The notes below the pieces were generated by a model that did no database searches, was not told the DNA's origin, and worked only from the letters and a program-made list of their open reading frames with translations. A DNA stretch of 63,669 nt, the filler included, from Octopus bimaculoides (lineage: Eukaryota): assembly GCF_001194135.2 (NCBI RefSeq). It is 6 parts of 6 records of this genome, joined end to end, with 100 filler letters (N's around TTAATTAATTAA, not from the genome) between each part and the next. Parts side by side here need not be neighbours in the genome. Positions count along the whole stretch, not along the records: positions 29,483 to 45,616 come from NC_068982.1; positions 45,717 to 57,201 come from NC_068995.1; 4 more parts are not named here. The stretch is one strand, 5' to 3'. Below, in pieces: positions 36,461-47,965 of this stretch. Within the stretch, counting starts at the first letter, position 1; every line of letters starts with the position of its first letter. A program made the translations under genes and the position numbers.

Positions 36461-37930
36461 TTATCGTCATCATTTGATGTCCACTTTCCATGCTGGCACA
36501 GGTTGGACAATTTGACAGGAGCTGTCCAGGCTCCAATTGTCTGTTCTGGTATAGTTTCTACGGCTAGATTCCCTTCCTGACCCCTTTACAGAGTGTGCTG
36601 GGCGCTTTTTACTGCCACCGGCACTGATGCGTTTACATAGCATCTGCAAGACAATGACCTCTCAGCTGGGAGAAGTTGTGGGAGCATGGCCATAAAGTAC
36701 ATGCCTGTGTGTATGGATGGCTGCGATTTGACTTAGCTTGATATGCCTTCTGAAATGCAGTAAATCACCACAAGTCCCGGTCCCTTATCCTCTCAGTGAG
36801 ACGCAGCTTCTGAAGATCCTTTCTCACCACTTCATCTCGCATCTTCTTGGGTTTACCCCTTCCACAGGTTCCCTCCACAATCAGAGATCGATACTTCTTT
36901 AAGCAACTGTCCCCATCCATATGCATCTCATGACCAAACCAGCGCAGTCTTCTCTCTTGCACACAACATTTGATGCTTCTTATACCCAGTTTTCCTCTTA
37001 AAATTATTTATACTCTGTCGCATATGCACGCTGAAATTACCCATCCAGCGGAGTACACTGCTTTCAGTTCTTTCAAGCCTTCGCAAGCCCTCTGTAATCA
37101 TAGTCTATGTTTCACTGCCATGTAGCATAGCTGTACGTACACGGGCATCATAGATCTGCCTTTCATTCTGTGGGAGAGGCTCTTAGTTACCAACAAAGGT
37201 AGTAGCTCTTTGAACTTTGCCCAACCCGTTCTTATTCTAGCAACTACACTTTCAGAACTTCCTCCTCCACTGCTAACTTGGTCGACCAGATAACAGAATC
37301 TATCTTCTACTTCTACTTCTAAGGATTCCTTGATCACTTGAGGAAGTTTATTCTCTGCACATTTGACACGCGCAAAGACTATTTTGTCTATTAACCTTCC
37401 TGTGATACCGCTACACCTCTTATGTGTCCAAAGCTTGCACTGGGTACAACGTATGGGGTTTCTACCAACATATCGAGCAGAGCCATCTCCCTTCTTACAT
37501 ATTGAGTAGAGCCATCTCCCTTCTTACATATCGAGCAGCACCATCTGCATGAAGGGACTTGTGATTTCTTTGTTTTCCTACTTATTAGGACTTTCGTCTT
37601 TGTTACATTAACTTTAAGGTCCTTAGATTCCAGATCTTGCTTCCACACCTGAAATTTCTTCTCTAGATCAGGTAGTGGTTCAACTATAAGAACAAGATCA
37701 TCAGCGTAGAGAAGTTCTCAGGGGCAGCCAGTCTTGAATACCTCTGTTAAGGCCTGGAGGACTATGATAAACAAGACGGGGCTGAGAACCGATCCTTGGT
37801 GAACTTCTACCTGTACACTAAATTCATTGCTAAACTCATTATTATCCCTCACTTTACTGGCAGCATCCCTGTACAATGGCCTGTATAGCTCTCACCAACC
37901 ACTGATCTATTTATTCATTGTTTCCACCTT
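36461..37930 (-). mobile_element. RTE-clade LINE, 5'-truncated and degenerate, with 3' UTR
   Basis: Minus strand: FSVQVEVHQGSVLSPVLFIIVLQAL; ELLYADDLVL; LKVNVTKTKVL; FCYLVDQVSSGGG...ARIRTGWAKFKELLPLL; ERRLRWFGH...GRGKPKK; short GAT-type tail at ~36461-36472. Confidence 0.85.
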
Positions 37931-37950
37931 GACCACCAGATAAAGGAACA

Positions 37951-37994
<44 letters not shown>

Positions 37995-38006
37995 CGNNNN
38001 NNNNNN

Positions 38007-38044
<38 letters not shown>

Positions 38045-39532
38045 GGAAATATGGTATACAGATTCTTTTGTTCATTGGTTTACAAATCATGTACTTAGGA
38101 TTAATCTACTTAAGATGATACTAGAAAGTGCTCCCTGAGAAAGGCGATATCGTTGCACGATGTTCATGCTTATGAAGCTTAAGAGAAAGACAGAACGAAA
38201 GAAGGAAAAATTACTGAAGAAATGGAGATACTATAGAAACTTATGTTGTTTAGTTAAGGATAACATTTTGTAAGGTTTTTATATTTTTATAGATACATAG
38301 AGAATATAAGAAGCAAAGGAAAGTAACATATTTTATATACTGGAGCTTTCATTCATTGAGGGAATGTTATAAGACCATCGTTATTTGTTAATAGTTTTAA
38401 TTCCAAACATAATTTTGCTTATTCTTTTCCTTTTTACACCGGTCTCTCGTCTCTATTCATCTATATGAGTTCTGAGTACGAAGGCCTATTTAACCGTGTA
38501 TGAAGTCGCCACATTCTCTTCAACTTCCTTTCGAGGTCGTAAACCATTTGCTTGAATTCATTTCAAAGTCTACGACATTCATTGTACAATTCACACCAAA
38601 TCTCGAACCTATATTGTAATATTTTACTTTTCATCTATTGCGCTACAATTAAAGAATTTAACTTTCGAAAAAAATTACATTTGTGCCATTTAAAATCGAG
38701 GCCGATCGATAACATAACGGACTCATAATTGGATGTTTTTAAACTATTTAGCATGTAAGGCACAATAAGTAGCAGCTGTTACAAAAAAAAAAAAAAAAAA
38801 AAAAAAAACTTTATATTTCTTGAAATATTTTAAAATGATGGTAGTTATTGCATTTCTAGAAATAATGGCACAAAGCTACGAGCTAGTAGAGGAATAGGTT
38901 CAGTCGATTTTATCGACACTGAAGAAGTCCAATATTTACTTCTATCGACATAAATGTCATGAGAAAAATCAGATCCTAATAGGGTTTAAACACTTAACAT
39001 AGCTAAATGCTCTGAGTCAGAAATATTGGTTGTATAACTTTAGTTCAGTATCTACTGTTTCTGATTCTCAGTACCTTTCAGTTTCTAGAATTAATGAAGC
39101 GTTTACTAGTTTGATGACACTGAGATAAAGATATTTCAAAGAAGACCTATTTCTTTGCCATAGTTTCTATTTCATGACATTTTAAACAAGTCTGTGGTGT
39201 ATATATATATATATTTCCCGAATGCTTGTAGGCGCGTTCGTAATGATTTATAATAAATGTTACTCACTAGAAAGTCCACGTTGAAGTGTTCTTATGAGAA
39301 GAAGGAACCCTATTTGAAGGGCATGTGGCCGAGAGTTCATACTAGCAGTACTTGACACAGAGGGATAGGAACACCGGGAAATATAAGATTTCTGAATAAA
39401 GGTTGATATATGATTATTTACAGACACAGACACAGACACACATTCACACATATACATATAAGCACTAACATCTATACAGGCATTCATATTCACAGATAAA
39501 CATGAAAATATATTAACGAATGCACATAAAAT

Positions 39533-39563
<31 letters not shown>

Positions 39564-40059
39564 AAAGAAAAAAATTAGCTTTAAAATAGTGCAAAATAGT
39601 CACCAAAATGATTCCCTAAAACCATAGTACAACCATTGAAAAATGCTGAGAACGTCAAGCAAAATACAAGCAAAATATAAGCACAATATAGGCAAAGCAC
39701 GATATAAGGACATTATCAAATTACAGATCTCCCATCAAGAATATTGTAGAGCGAATCCAAAAACTATCCATGTCCTTTGGGTACTCCACATTTGGAGCCT
39801 GAAACTGAAAACCATTAACTGTCTTAAGCTGTAAAACATGACGATACACCTTTCTCTATTGTACGATTGTTAAAGGTGAACCCTGAACATCCAGGGTATT
39901 ATTATACATACTATGGTATAATTAAGCCCATAATTGTTACTCTAGTAACACTCGGTCACCTAGCAGGAATTACAACATAAGAACGACTTCATAAACATCG
40001 AAACAGCACCCCACCCATGATCATCAGTATTATTATTATTATCATTATTATTATTATTA

Positions 40060-40091
<32 letters not shown>

Positions 40092-40093
40092 TT

Positions 40094-40189
40094 ATTGTTT
40101 TTGCACAGCTTCTAATGCTGGAGATGCTCTACGGTGTCAGCTATTCACTACCAGTATATCTCCAGCGTTAGAAGCTGCGCAAAGACAAT
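40094..40189. repeat. ~96-bp palindromic element (about 33-bp stem) embedded in (TAT)n/(AAT)n
   Basis: attgtttttgcacagcttctaatgctggagatg pairs with tatctccagcgttagaagctgcgcaaagacaat. Confidence 0.75.
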
Positions 40190-40214
40190 TAAAAATAATA
40201 ATAATAGTAATTAT

Positions 40215-40560
40215 TATTATTATTATCTAATCTCAAGAAATGATCCAGCATCTATGACCTTTGCAGCCACCTGCCATATTCGGGGTGATGGTCGTGGAGC
40301 GGTGTTTGTAGTAGATATTCATCTCGGACGTACGCGTGGAAAACGTTGGTAAGAAGAGAGTTGCAGAGGTCTGCAGCTCTAGGATGAAAGGATGGATAAA
40401 ACCTTTTAATGTGTGGTTTTGGGTGATGGAAACACAATAGAGGATGCCGAATATTGATGGTATACAGCTTGCTAGTGAGAAAAGCAGAAGCAGCAGTAGC
40501 AGCAAAGTTAGGAGTAGAAAGACAGCAAGAGGAGACAGTGCGGTTTTGGTAAAGTAGTTG
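40215..40560 (-). mobile_element. Possible CR1/L2/jockey-type LINE 3' remnant
   Basis: KRFYPSFHPRAADLCNSLLTNVF resembles the 'SF.PRT..LWNSLP..VF' LINE C-terminal motif. Confidence 0.35.
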
Positions 40561-41192
40561 TAGCGTGTTGCAGTAGCAATAGAAGACATGTTGGGGAAAA
40601 CATTCATATCGTGGATTAGCAGATGTGAATGCAGTGAAGAATAAACAAGACGAATTAATGCAAAGCCTTTACTTCTATACCCCAATTATCATTTCTCACT
40701 CATACCTTATACCTGCAATCATCCGTGCTATCGAGTGGGCCTTTATGCTGTGCTCGAACTGCTAGAAGTAGCAGTAAAATCTCTTACAAATCACACTCTA
40801 CTGTATAGGGAAAGGGAAGCACACAATAGATGATGTTCTCTTACATATAACCCTAAAATAGATCAGATGGTCATAGTTGGAGTACCTTTGGTCATGGGTC
40901 TGCTCAGTCAGAGCTTAACAACCATGACAAAATTAAACTTGCGATCATCAATATTGTGTCCGTACTGTAGGCTATGTAAGAAATTACAGACAGAAAGGAC
41001 GGAATTCTTCGGAAAAGGGCGAGACAGGGTTCATTCGCATCTTAATGAATAAATATATCGGTAAAAGAGTAACAATCTACTAGACATTCTGGAATTGTTG
41101 ATGACCGTAACGATGCCGTATCGAATCATCGGTTGAGGATAGAATCAAAATAACTGAGAGGATGTTGTATTGAACAACTTGCTCATAGTTCA

Positions 41193-41269
41193 TCAGTTCG
41201 AATCAGTTGCTGGTATTTCGTTGTTTCTGGACTGAGTATTATAATCTACGTGCTGTTGGGAATAAACGC
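41193..41269 (-). CDS. Speculative terminal exon of the large minus-strand gene (VYSQQHVDYNTQSRNNEIPATDSN*)
   Basis: Acceptor-like cttctctaaatgtccag|G at 41270/41269; phase 1 matches both candidate donors of the large exon; short, so it could be chance. Confidence 0.2.
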
Positions 41270-42423
41270 CTGGACATTTAGAGAAGTTGCATACAACTAA
41301 CTAGACTTCCTTTTAACTTCTCAAAACAGCAAATGGAATTAAATATACAGGCTCAAAAAGACTCCTGCTTTCTGAATGGTCTAATCAACGATCGGACTAA
41401 CAAAATTCACATCTTTCCTCCCTCACTTCGTCGAGGTCATGGCCAAAACAATTCGTTTCTTGATGGTTCTGCTTATCTAGTGCTAAATGAGTGTCATACA
41501 TAAAACTATTCACTGCTATAGGTAGCTGGAGCACAATAAACTAAATGGGGGTTCATTAGTTGGTTCACATAACGAAGTCCATCTCTAGTCTGGGCTATAA
41601 CAGAATCTTTTGTGCAGATATGGTTCAAAGTTAATTCGCAGATTCAAAATTTGAATCTAACATTTTGAGCCAACTGATTTCTCTCTCTCTCTCTCACTCT
41701 TTCCCTCACACATACTGACACACACACAGGGCGCGCGCGCACATACGCACACGCACATATTAGATGCTCTCTGAGTCCAGGCAAGATCTTAGTCATATTG
41801 TGTACTTTCACTCTTTGTGGTAAACTGTACGATTCACTGAATCGTAGAAGAACCATTAAAAGCTTTGTCTTCGTACGGTGAAAGCAAATCAATTGGCCAA
41901 GCTTCCCCAGAGGGTGAGATGAGTCAGTATGGCAAACTAAAGAAACACTCGTTAATTTTTTAGTGGTACCTCTGATATGTCGCAGCGACCTATATACTTC
42001 TTTAGATGGTCACTTATTCTAGTGTAAAAGAAACACGTGATGTTTCAAGTACACAAAAGATATAGTAAATAAGATATTGTGATGTTCATCATGTTTTCTA
42101 AGAAGAGTTCCAAATGGAAGTCGCAACCGCGACGTTATACAATGTGCACCTATCTCAACAAACGTTGATTGGCTCACATATAAAGATTTCGTTTTACTGG
42201 ATAGAAAGATACAAGGAAGCGATGTGGTCAACTGAGATGAAAGACAGAGTCAAACCAAGCAGGATTTGAACTGGGAATGTAAAGAGATGTAACTAAACGC
42301 TGTGAAGCATTCAATAGAAAAATAAATAAAAATTACGAAGCTACGTGCATACTGTTTGGGGGTTTTTGAACATGTAGACCAACCGAAAGCGAAGCATTGT
42401 CAGCAAGTTAACAACAACGTTTT

Positions 42424-45400
42424 CTACTCACATGAAGTTGTCTTTGTTTTATTACCTCCTTTCGGTAAAACACGACGACCGTCAGCAGCTTGATTACCGA
42501 TCGGTTTATATTTAGATTCCGCTTGTTTTTTAACATCACGTCTATCCCTTGTTTCTGTCGGCGACCTGCCATTACGTCTTACTAAGTGAGCATTGCTTGT
42601 CTCTAAAGTAATCGGTTCCTTCGCCCGTTTTTTGATCATAATATTCGATTCATTCCCCGATACTGTTGATGTGCGGTCATTGCCATCTTTCCTCAAATGT
42701 CTACCTTTTGATGGATCCTTTATTGTATCTACATTGTGAGGATCATCAAACAAACGTGATTGTGTCGGCGAAAGAACTGGTTTTTTATTATCTGAAAAAT
42801 TTGCTTTTTTAACTCTTATCGGGACTTTTGAAGATTTTTTTGATACAACGACATTTTTGGGAGCATTTGTTGAGTCAAGGGAAGTTTCAGCATTAAGTGT
42901 GCTTGATTGAGTTAAAGGCTTTCTGTCAATATTAGCTTGTATCTTTTGTTCAGTTTCTAGTGAATCATCACTTAGATCTTCATTAGAAGTCGACCGTTCA
43001 CTGCTGAGCGGATATTTTTGCTGAGACATTGGATTATCAGCAACGTTCGTATTCTCATCTAAAGGTGGCCAGCGTTTCAAAGAATTTCCTTCTTGTAATG
43101 TATTATCTTGATCGAGAGACTGACCTTTTATTGGGAGCTTACTTGAGGTTCTCTGATTTTCAGTGTCAGGAAATGATGTCGACCTACTTACATTTTCTGT
43201 CGAATTTAGTTTAGGCTTAGTCTGAACGAACGAATCACTATCATTCTTAAAAATTAGTTTCGAGTTTTGAGCTGCCAGTTTCCTTTCTACATCTTCCGAT
43301 ACGACGTCATCGTCGATGATATCTGACCAGTTTGGAGAATTAGAAACTGTATCCAGATCAACTACATCAGTATCAAGCATCTTTGGATGATAAGACTCAG
43401 CGCGTGAAAATTCACCGTCATCTGTGGTGGTATTTTCATCGGGAGTTTTCTCAGTCTTTTTAAGACTAAATAAAGCCCTAAATTTGTTATACCATGGGAT
43501 AGATTTTTTTACCGTATTCTCTTTGTTGTCAGCTTCACTTGACATTGGAGGAGTAGTGCTTTCTGCAGTATCCTTCTGCTCTGGTGGGAACTCTGATTCA
43601 GATAATTGTGAACTTGTGTAGAGACTACTGCTTTCGAACAATGAGTCATTATCTTCACTTTCATTATAGATATTTGGTTTCTGATAAATTGTACTGTCTT
43701 CTTGAATATTTATTGATGGAATGTCTGGTGGTGGAGTTTTGTAAAAGCTGGATGGAGAAGAAGATGTCGAATTCAGATTTGATGTCTTCTTCCCGTCGGA
43801 GTGGTTTTTGTCTTCATCTATTCCTTGGATGCCACTACTTGAATCATTAGCATTGCTGTTTGCCGGCGCTAGTTCTGTCAGATGTTTTCCTTCGTTTGTA
43901 TAGTAGAACTTGTCAAAAAGATTATATTCATTATCTTCACATTCCCCCGTAATTATGTCTTCATGATCATGAGATCTTTCTTCTTTAGGTAACTCTTCTT
44001 CTGAGTCTTCACTGAGAGTTTTGTCGCTTTGTCGCCTTTCTATCTTTTTGTTACTATTAATATTTGGAGAATGAGTTGAAATATTTTTAACTGGTTTCAG
44101 AACATCTCTTCTGATCGTTGTATCATCTCCATCAGGAGCTTCAGATTTATCGAAAATACTACCACTATCATCTCCATCTTTACGATCAGCAGTTCCATCA
44201 CCATCATTCTCATCTCCCTTGCGGACATCTGAAGCTTCCTCCTTTTCAACAGATTTCTCCTTTGCATTATTTTTCATTTTATCAGATTTGAAAGAGAACA
44301 TCGAAGAAAGTTTTGAGCGAAATCGTGAAAAAGAAGTAGAACGTGAAGGAGAAGAACTTTTGGCAGATTCCTTTTCAGGAGAATTCGGATTTGATTTACT
44401 GCTGGTACTCTCTTCGTCTGATGCCTTCTGTTGATCAGTGTCTAATTTGTCTAGCAAATCTACAATAGAATCATTATTGTATTTGTCACGTTTATTGTTC
44501 TCAGGTGAATTTGACTCGCTCTGGAATTCTTCGTTTTCAGATAAATTTTCTGGATATTGTTCTGTCGAGGGTTCAACAATAGTACCTTTTATATTCGGTT
44601 TGGCATAAAGTGGTGGACATTTCTGTACTTCTGCTGCATCTGCCATATATTGATCAACAGGTAGTGTAGAATCTACTAAGGCTACTTTGCTGCTTGGTTG
44701 GAAATTTTCGGTAGCTTCGACTGTTTTGCCATTCTTAGTTCTAAAAGATGCATCTTTGGTGTTGTTACCTGATTTTTCTTTGGTTACACCAACGATATCC
44801 TTGTTTGATTTCAATGTGCCTCTGTTCACTGAATGCAAAGCAGCGTTTAGGTTTTGAGTATCGTTGGATGCTTCGATAGTAATTGATTTATCAGGATCAT
44901 TAAAGTGACGGTCAAAGACTCTGGCATCTACTGCCTTGTTTTTATCTGATTTGCCATTTCTTTCGGATGTTTCTTGATCATTAGCACCAGAAACGTTACT
45001 TGTCGTTTCTTCTGGTGTATTATCTATTTCGCTGGAAGTATCTTCATTTGTAGAATCTTTTGTGAAAACAGAACGAAATTTATTTCGGAAATTTTTGAAA
45101 GTTCTGTTTTCGTTCGGACTTTCTGGGAACGTTTTGTCTAACTGTTCTTGGTCTGTGAATGTTTCTTCATCACTGTGATCAGAAACGTCCACTGTATCAC
45201 CAGATGTAGCATCAATTTCATTAGAACTATCTTCATTGTCAGAATCTTTTGCGAAAACAGATCGGACTTTGTTTCGAAAGTTTTTGAAAGGTTTTCTCTT
45301 TTCTTTCGGACTTCTAGGGGAATTTATGTCTGAATTTTCCTGCTGGTCTGTGGGTGTTTCCTCATCACTATGATCAGAAACATTTCCCATTTGCGTGTCA

Positions 45401-45615
45401 TCAAGTACAGAGTCAATTTCTTTGGAACTATCTTCATTGTCAGAACCTCGTGCAAAAACAGAGCGGATTTTGTGTCGGAAACTTTTAGAAGGTTTCTTTT
45501 CGTTCGAATATTCTGGCGAATTTTTGTCGGAATGTTCATATTGGTCTGAGGGCGTTTCTTCATCACTATGATCAGAAAGGTTGCCTGTTGTTGAATCATC
45601 AACTGTTGCATCGAT
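42424..45615 (-). CDS. Large exon/ORF encoding at least 1063 aa of acidic low-complexity, probably disordered protein with tandem ~65-aa repeats; 5' end in a gap; no recognised family
   Basis: The 988-aa track ORF extends 75 more in-frame codons (IDATVDDSTTGNLSDHSDEE...LDDTQ) to the gap at 45616; ~3.2 kb without a stop in AT-rich DNA; candidate splice donors AG|GTAATA (42456/42455) and AT|GTGAGT (42432/42431) lie just before the stop. Confidence 0.85.
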   Translation of the reverse strand: MDATVDDSTTGNLSDHSDEETPSDQYEHSDKNSPEYSNEKKPSKSFRHKIRSVFARGSDNEDSSKEIDSVLDDTQMGNVSDHSDEETPTDQQENSDINSPRSPKEKRKPFKNFRNKVRSVFAKDSDNEDSSNEIDATSGDTVDVSDHSDEETFTDQEQLDKTFPESPNENRTFKNFRNKFRSVFTKDSTNEDTSSEIDNTPEETTSNVSGANDQETSERNGKSDKNKAVDARVFDRHFNDPDKSITIEASNDTQNLNAALHSVNRGTLKSNKDIVGVTKEKSGNNTKDASFRTKNGKTVEATENFQPSSKVALVDSTLPVDQYMADAAEVQKCPPLYAKPNIKGTIVEPSTEQYPENLSENEEFQSESNSPENNKRDKYNNDSIVDLLDKLDTDQQKASDEESTSSKSNPNSPEKESAKSSSPSRSTSFSRFRSKLSSMFSFKSDKMKNNAKEKSVEKEEASDVRKGDENDGDGTADRKDGDDSGSIFDKSEAPDGDDTTIRRDVLKPVKNISTHSPNINSNKKIERRQSDKTLSEDSEEELPKEERSHDHEDIITGECEDNEYNLFDKFYYTNEGKHLTELAPANSNANDSSSGIQGIDEDKNHSDGKKTSNLNSTSSSPSSFYKTPPPDIPSINIQEDSTIYQKPNIYNESEDNDSLFESSSLYTSSQLSESEFPPEQKDTAESTTPPMSSEADNKENTVKKSIPWYNKFRALFSLKKTEKTPDENTTTDDGEFSRAESYHPKMLDTDVVDLDTVSNSPNWSDIIDDDVVSEDVERKLAAQNSKLIFKNDSDSFVQTKPKLNSTENVSRSTSFPDTENQRTSSKLPIKGQSLDQDNTLQEGNSLKRWPPLDENTNVADNPMSQQKYPLSSERSTSNEDLSDDSLETEQKIQANIDRKPLTQSSTLNAETSLDSTNAPKNVVVSKKSSKVPIRVKKANFSDNKKPVLSPTQSRLFDDPHNVDTIKDPSKGRHLRKDGNDRTSTVSGNESNIMIKKRAKEPITLETSNAHLVRRNGRSPTETRDRRDVKKQAESKYKPIGNQAADGRRVLPKGGNKTKTTSCE

Positions 45616-45716
45616 CNNNNNNNNNNNNNNNNNNNNNNNNNNNNNNNNNNNNNNNNNNNNTTAATTAATTAANNNNNNNNNNNNNNNNNNNNNNNNNNNN
45701 NNNNNNNNNNNNNNNN

Positions 45717-45819
45717 AGGCTAAGTCGACCTCGGCGGAATTTGAACTCAGAACGTAGCGGCAGACGAAATACCGCTAAGCATTTTCGCCCGGGGGGCTTA
45801 ACGTTTCTGCCAGCTCTCC
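45717..45819 (-). mobile_element. tRNA-derived SINE family A, 5' half
   Basis: Reverse complement ggagagctggcagaaacgttaag...gcttagcggtatttcg...gagttcaaattccgccgaggtcgac; truncated by the gap. Confidence 0.8.
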
Positions 45820-45903
45820 GCGTTCAATGTATTTGTAATGATGGCTTAAGGGGTTCGCGCTGCTGACGTTGACCTATAAACGTCGATTGCATGAAATCCT
45901 TAG

Positions 45904-45937
<34 letters not shown>

Positions 45938-47121
45938 TTGTATTTACCTTACATATATCAGACACGTCTAACACAAAGCCGAATGGGGCACTTTAATATA
46001 TTTATAGAACAAATGCTAAACAAAGCACACACACACACAGAGATAACAGTGCGCATGAGTATCACAAAAATTGCTGTGTTGGTAGATTGAACTGAACCAA
46101 GTCAACGGAGATCATCACTATTACTGTTATTGATGGTGATGATGATGATGATGATGATGATGACAACCATAATTAATAGATAATAATAGTAACGGAGGTG
46201 GTGGTGGCGATGATGACGTGATAGAAGCCGACAACTCGTGGTTTATAACGACGACGACGACGAAGACGGGTTGGTATGGAGTGGTGGGCATATTTGTTGA
46301 CATGCTCTTTCCTGTCTTGTCACCAACTATAAAATATCTGGCAATAAATTGCCTCTTCCAGATTTATCCTTGAAGATTTCTTTACCGACAATAACAACAA
46401 TAACACCATCAACGCAACGCCTCCCTGCTGTGTCTGAGCTAGTGTCACCCCCTCCCTCCTCCCGTCCATCACCGACCTCATCTTTAATGGTCCCCCCCCT
46501 CCATCCTTCCCACCAATTCCTCGGCGTTAACCACTCACACTACCACCCTCTCTACTCTAGCCACTTCATCGCACGTCTCGTCTGTCTGTTCATTCCATCC
46601 TTCTCTGGCAAATACTTAAGTTAAATAAGACCACCACCACCNNNNNNNNNNNNNNNNNNNNNNNNNNNNNNNNNNNNNNNNNNNNNNNNNNNNNNNNNNN
46701 NNNNNNNNNNNNNNNNNNNNNNNNNNNNNNNNNNNNNNNNNNNNNNNNNNNNNNNNNNNNNNNNNNNNNNNNNNNNNNNNNNNNNNNNNNNNNNNNNNNN
46801 NNNNNNNNNNNNNNNNNNNNNNNNNNNNNNNNNNNNNNNNNNNNNNNNNNNNNNNNNNNNNNNNNNNNNNNNNNNNNNNNNNNNNNNNNNNNNNNNNNNN
46901 NNNNNNNNNNNNNNNNNNNNNNNNNNNNNNNNNNNNNNNNNNNNNNNNNNNNNNNNNNNNNNNNNNNNNNNNNNNNNNNNNNNNNNNNNNNNNNNNNNNN
47001 NNNNNNNNNNNNNNNNNNNNNNNNNNNNNNNNNNNNNNNNNNNNNNNNNNNNNNNNNNNNNNNNNNNNNNNNNNNNNNNNNNNNNNNNNNNNNNNNNNNN
47101 NNNNNNNNNNNNNNNNNNNNN

Positions 47122-47183
<62 letters not shown>

Positions 47184-47366
47184 CGGTAACCTTTTGAATT
47201 AGAGGCTTCCACTTTCACTCAGAAAACATATGGATCTGAGGTTATGGTGAAAGATTCGTCCAAAGTGCCACACATTGAGATTGAACTCCTACCTCATGAT
47301 CGTAAGGCGAATTTCTTAATCTTCCGACTGTATCTTTTTTATCAGTGTTTTCCACTTCACTCAACA

Positions 47367-47466
47367 CATCTTCATCATCATTTATCATCCGTTTTCCATG
47401 CTGGTATGGGTTGGACGGTTTGACAGGGGCCTTGATGCCCTTCCTAACGCCAACCACTTTACAGAT
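47367..47466 (-). mobile_element. RTE LINE 3'-UTR fragment
   Basis: catcatcattt...tttccatgctgg...ggttggac...tttgacagg is homologous to 36465-36520. Confidence 0.6.
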
Positions 47467-47699
47467 AGGTTTCCATAAATGTGAAATAACGTGCATTAGT
47501 CGCATCAGAATACATCATGGAATTCCAGTCATTGTTAGTTGGAGATTGTTTAGTAACATAAAGTAAATGGAAAGAATGGCAGACGTTATGTCTGATTTAA
47601 TTTCATTAACTTGAAGAGAGAGCAACATTAACGTCACTAAGGTTTCAGCCTACGCCTGTTTCAAAAGGAAAACGTTTGTTAATGTATTCGTGTCCACAT

Positions 47700-47965
47700 G
47701 TGGAGGCGCGTGGCTTAGTGGTTAGGGTGTCAGCACCATGATCGTAAGATTGTAGTTTCGATTCCTGGACCGGGTGACGCGTTGTGTTCTTGAGCAAAAC
47801 ACTTCATTTCACGTTGCTCCAGTCCACTCGGCGAGCAAAAATGAGTAACGTTGCGATGGACTGGCGTCCCGTCCAGCTGGGCAACACATACGCCATTGAA
47901 ACCAGGAAATCGGACCCATGAGCCTGGCTAGGCTTTAAAAGGGCGCATTTATTATTATTTTTTTT
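47700..47965 (+). mobile_element. Full-length tRNA-derived SINE (family C) with a 15-bp target-site duplication
   Basis: A-box tggcttagtggtt, B-box gtttcgattcc, central gtgttcttgagcaaaacacttc...gcgatggactggcgtcccgtccag, (TTA)n/T tail; TSD tattcgtgtccacat at 47685-47699 and 47966-47980. Confidence 0.9.

Noticed and set aside
43029-45333. Short plus-strand ORFs overlapping the large ORF
   Set aside because: Antisense shadows of the minus-strand coding exon.
45324-45611. 95-aa minus-strand ORF (MQQLMIQQQ...) listed in the track
   Set aside because: Wrong frame; the repeat-bearing frame continuous with the 988-aa ORF is the credible one.
47702-47770. tRNA-like sequence with A and B boxes
   Set aside because: It is the head of a SINE with body, tail and TSD; no complete cloverleaf, so not called a tRNA gene.
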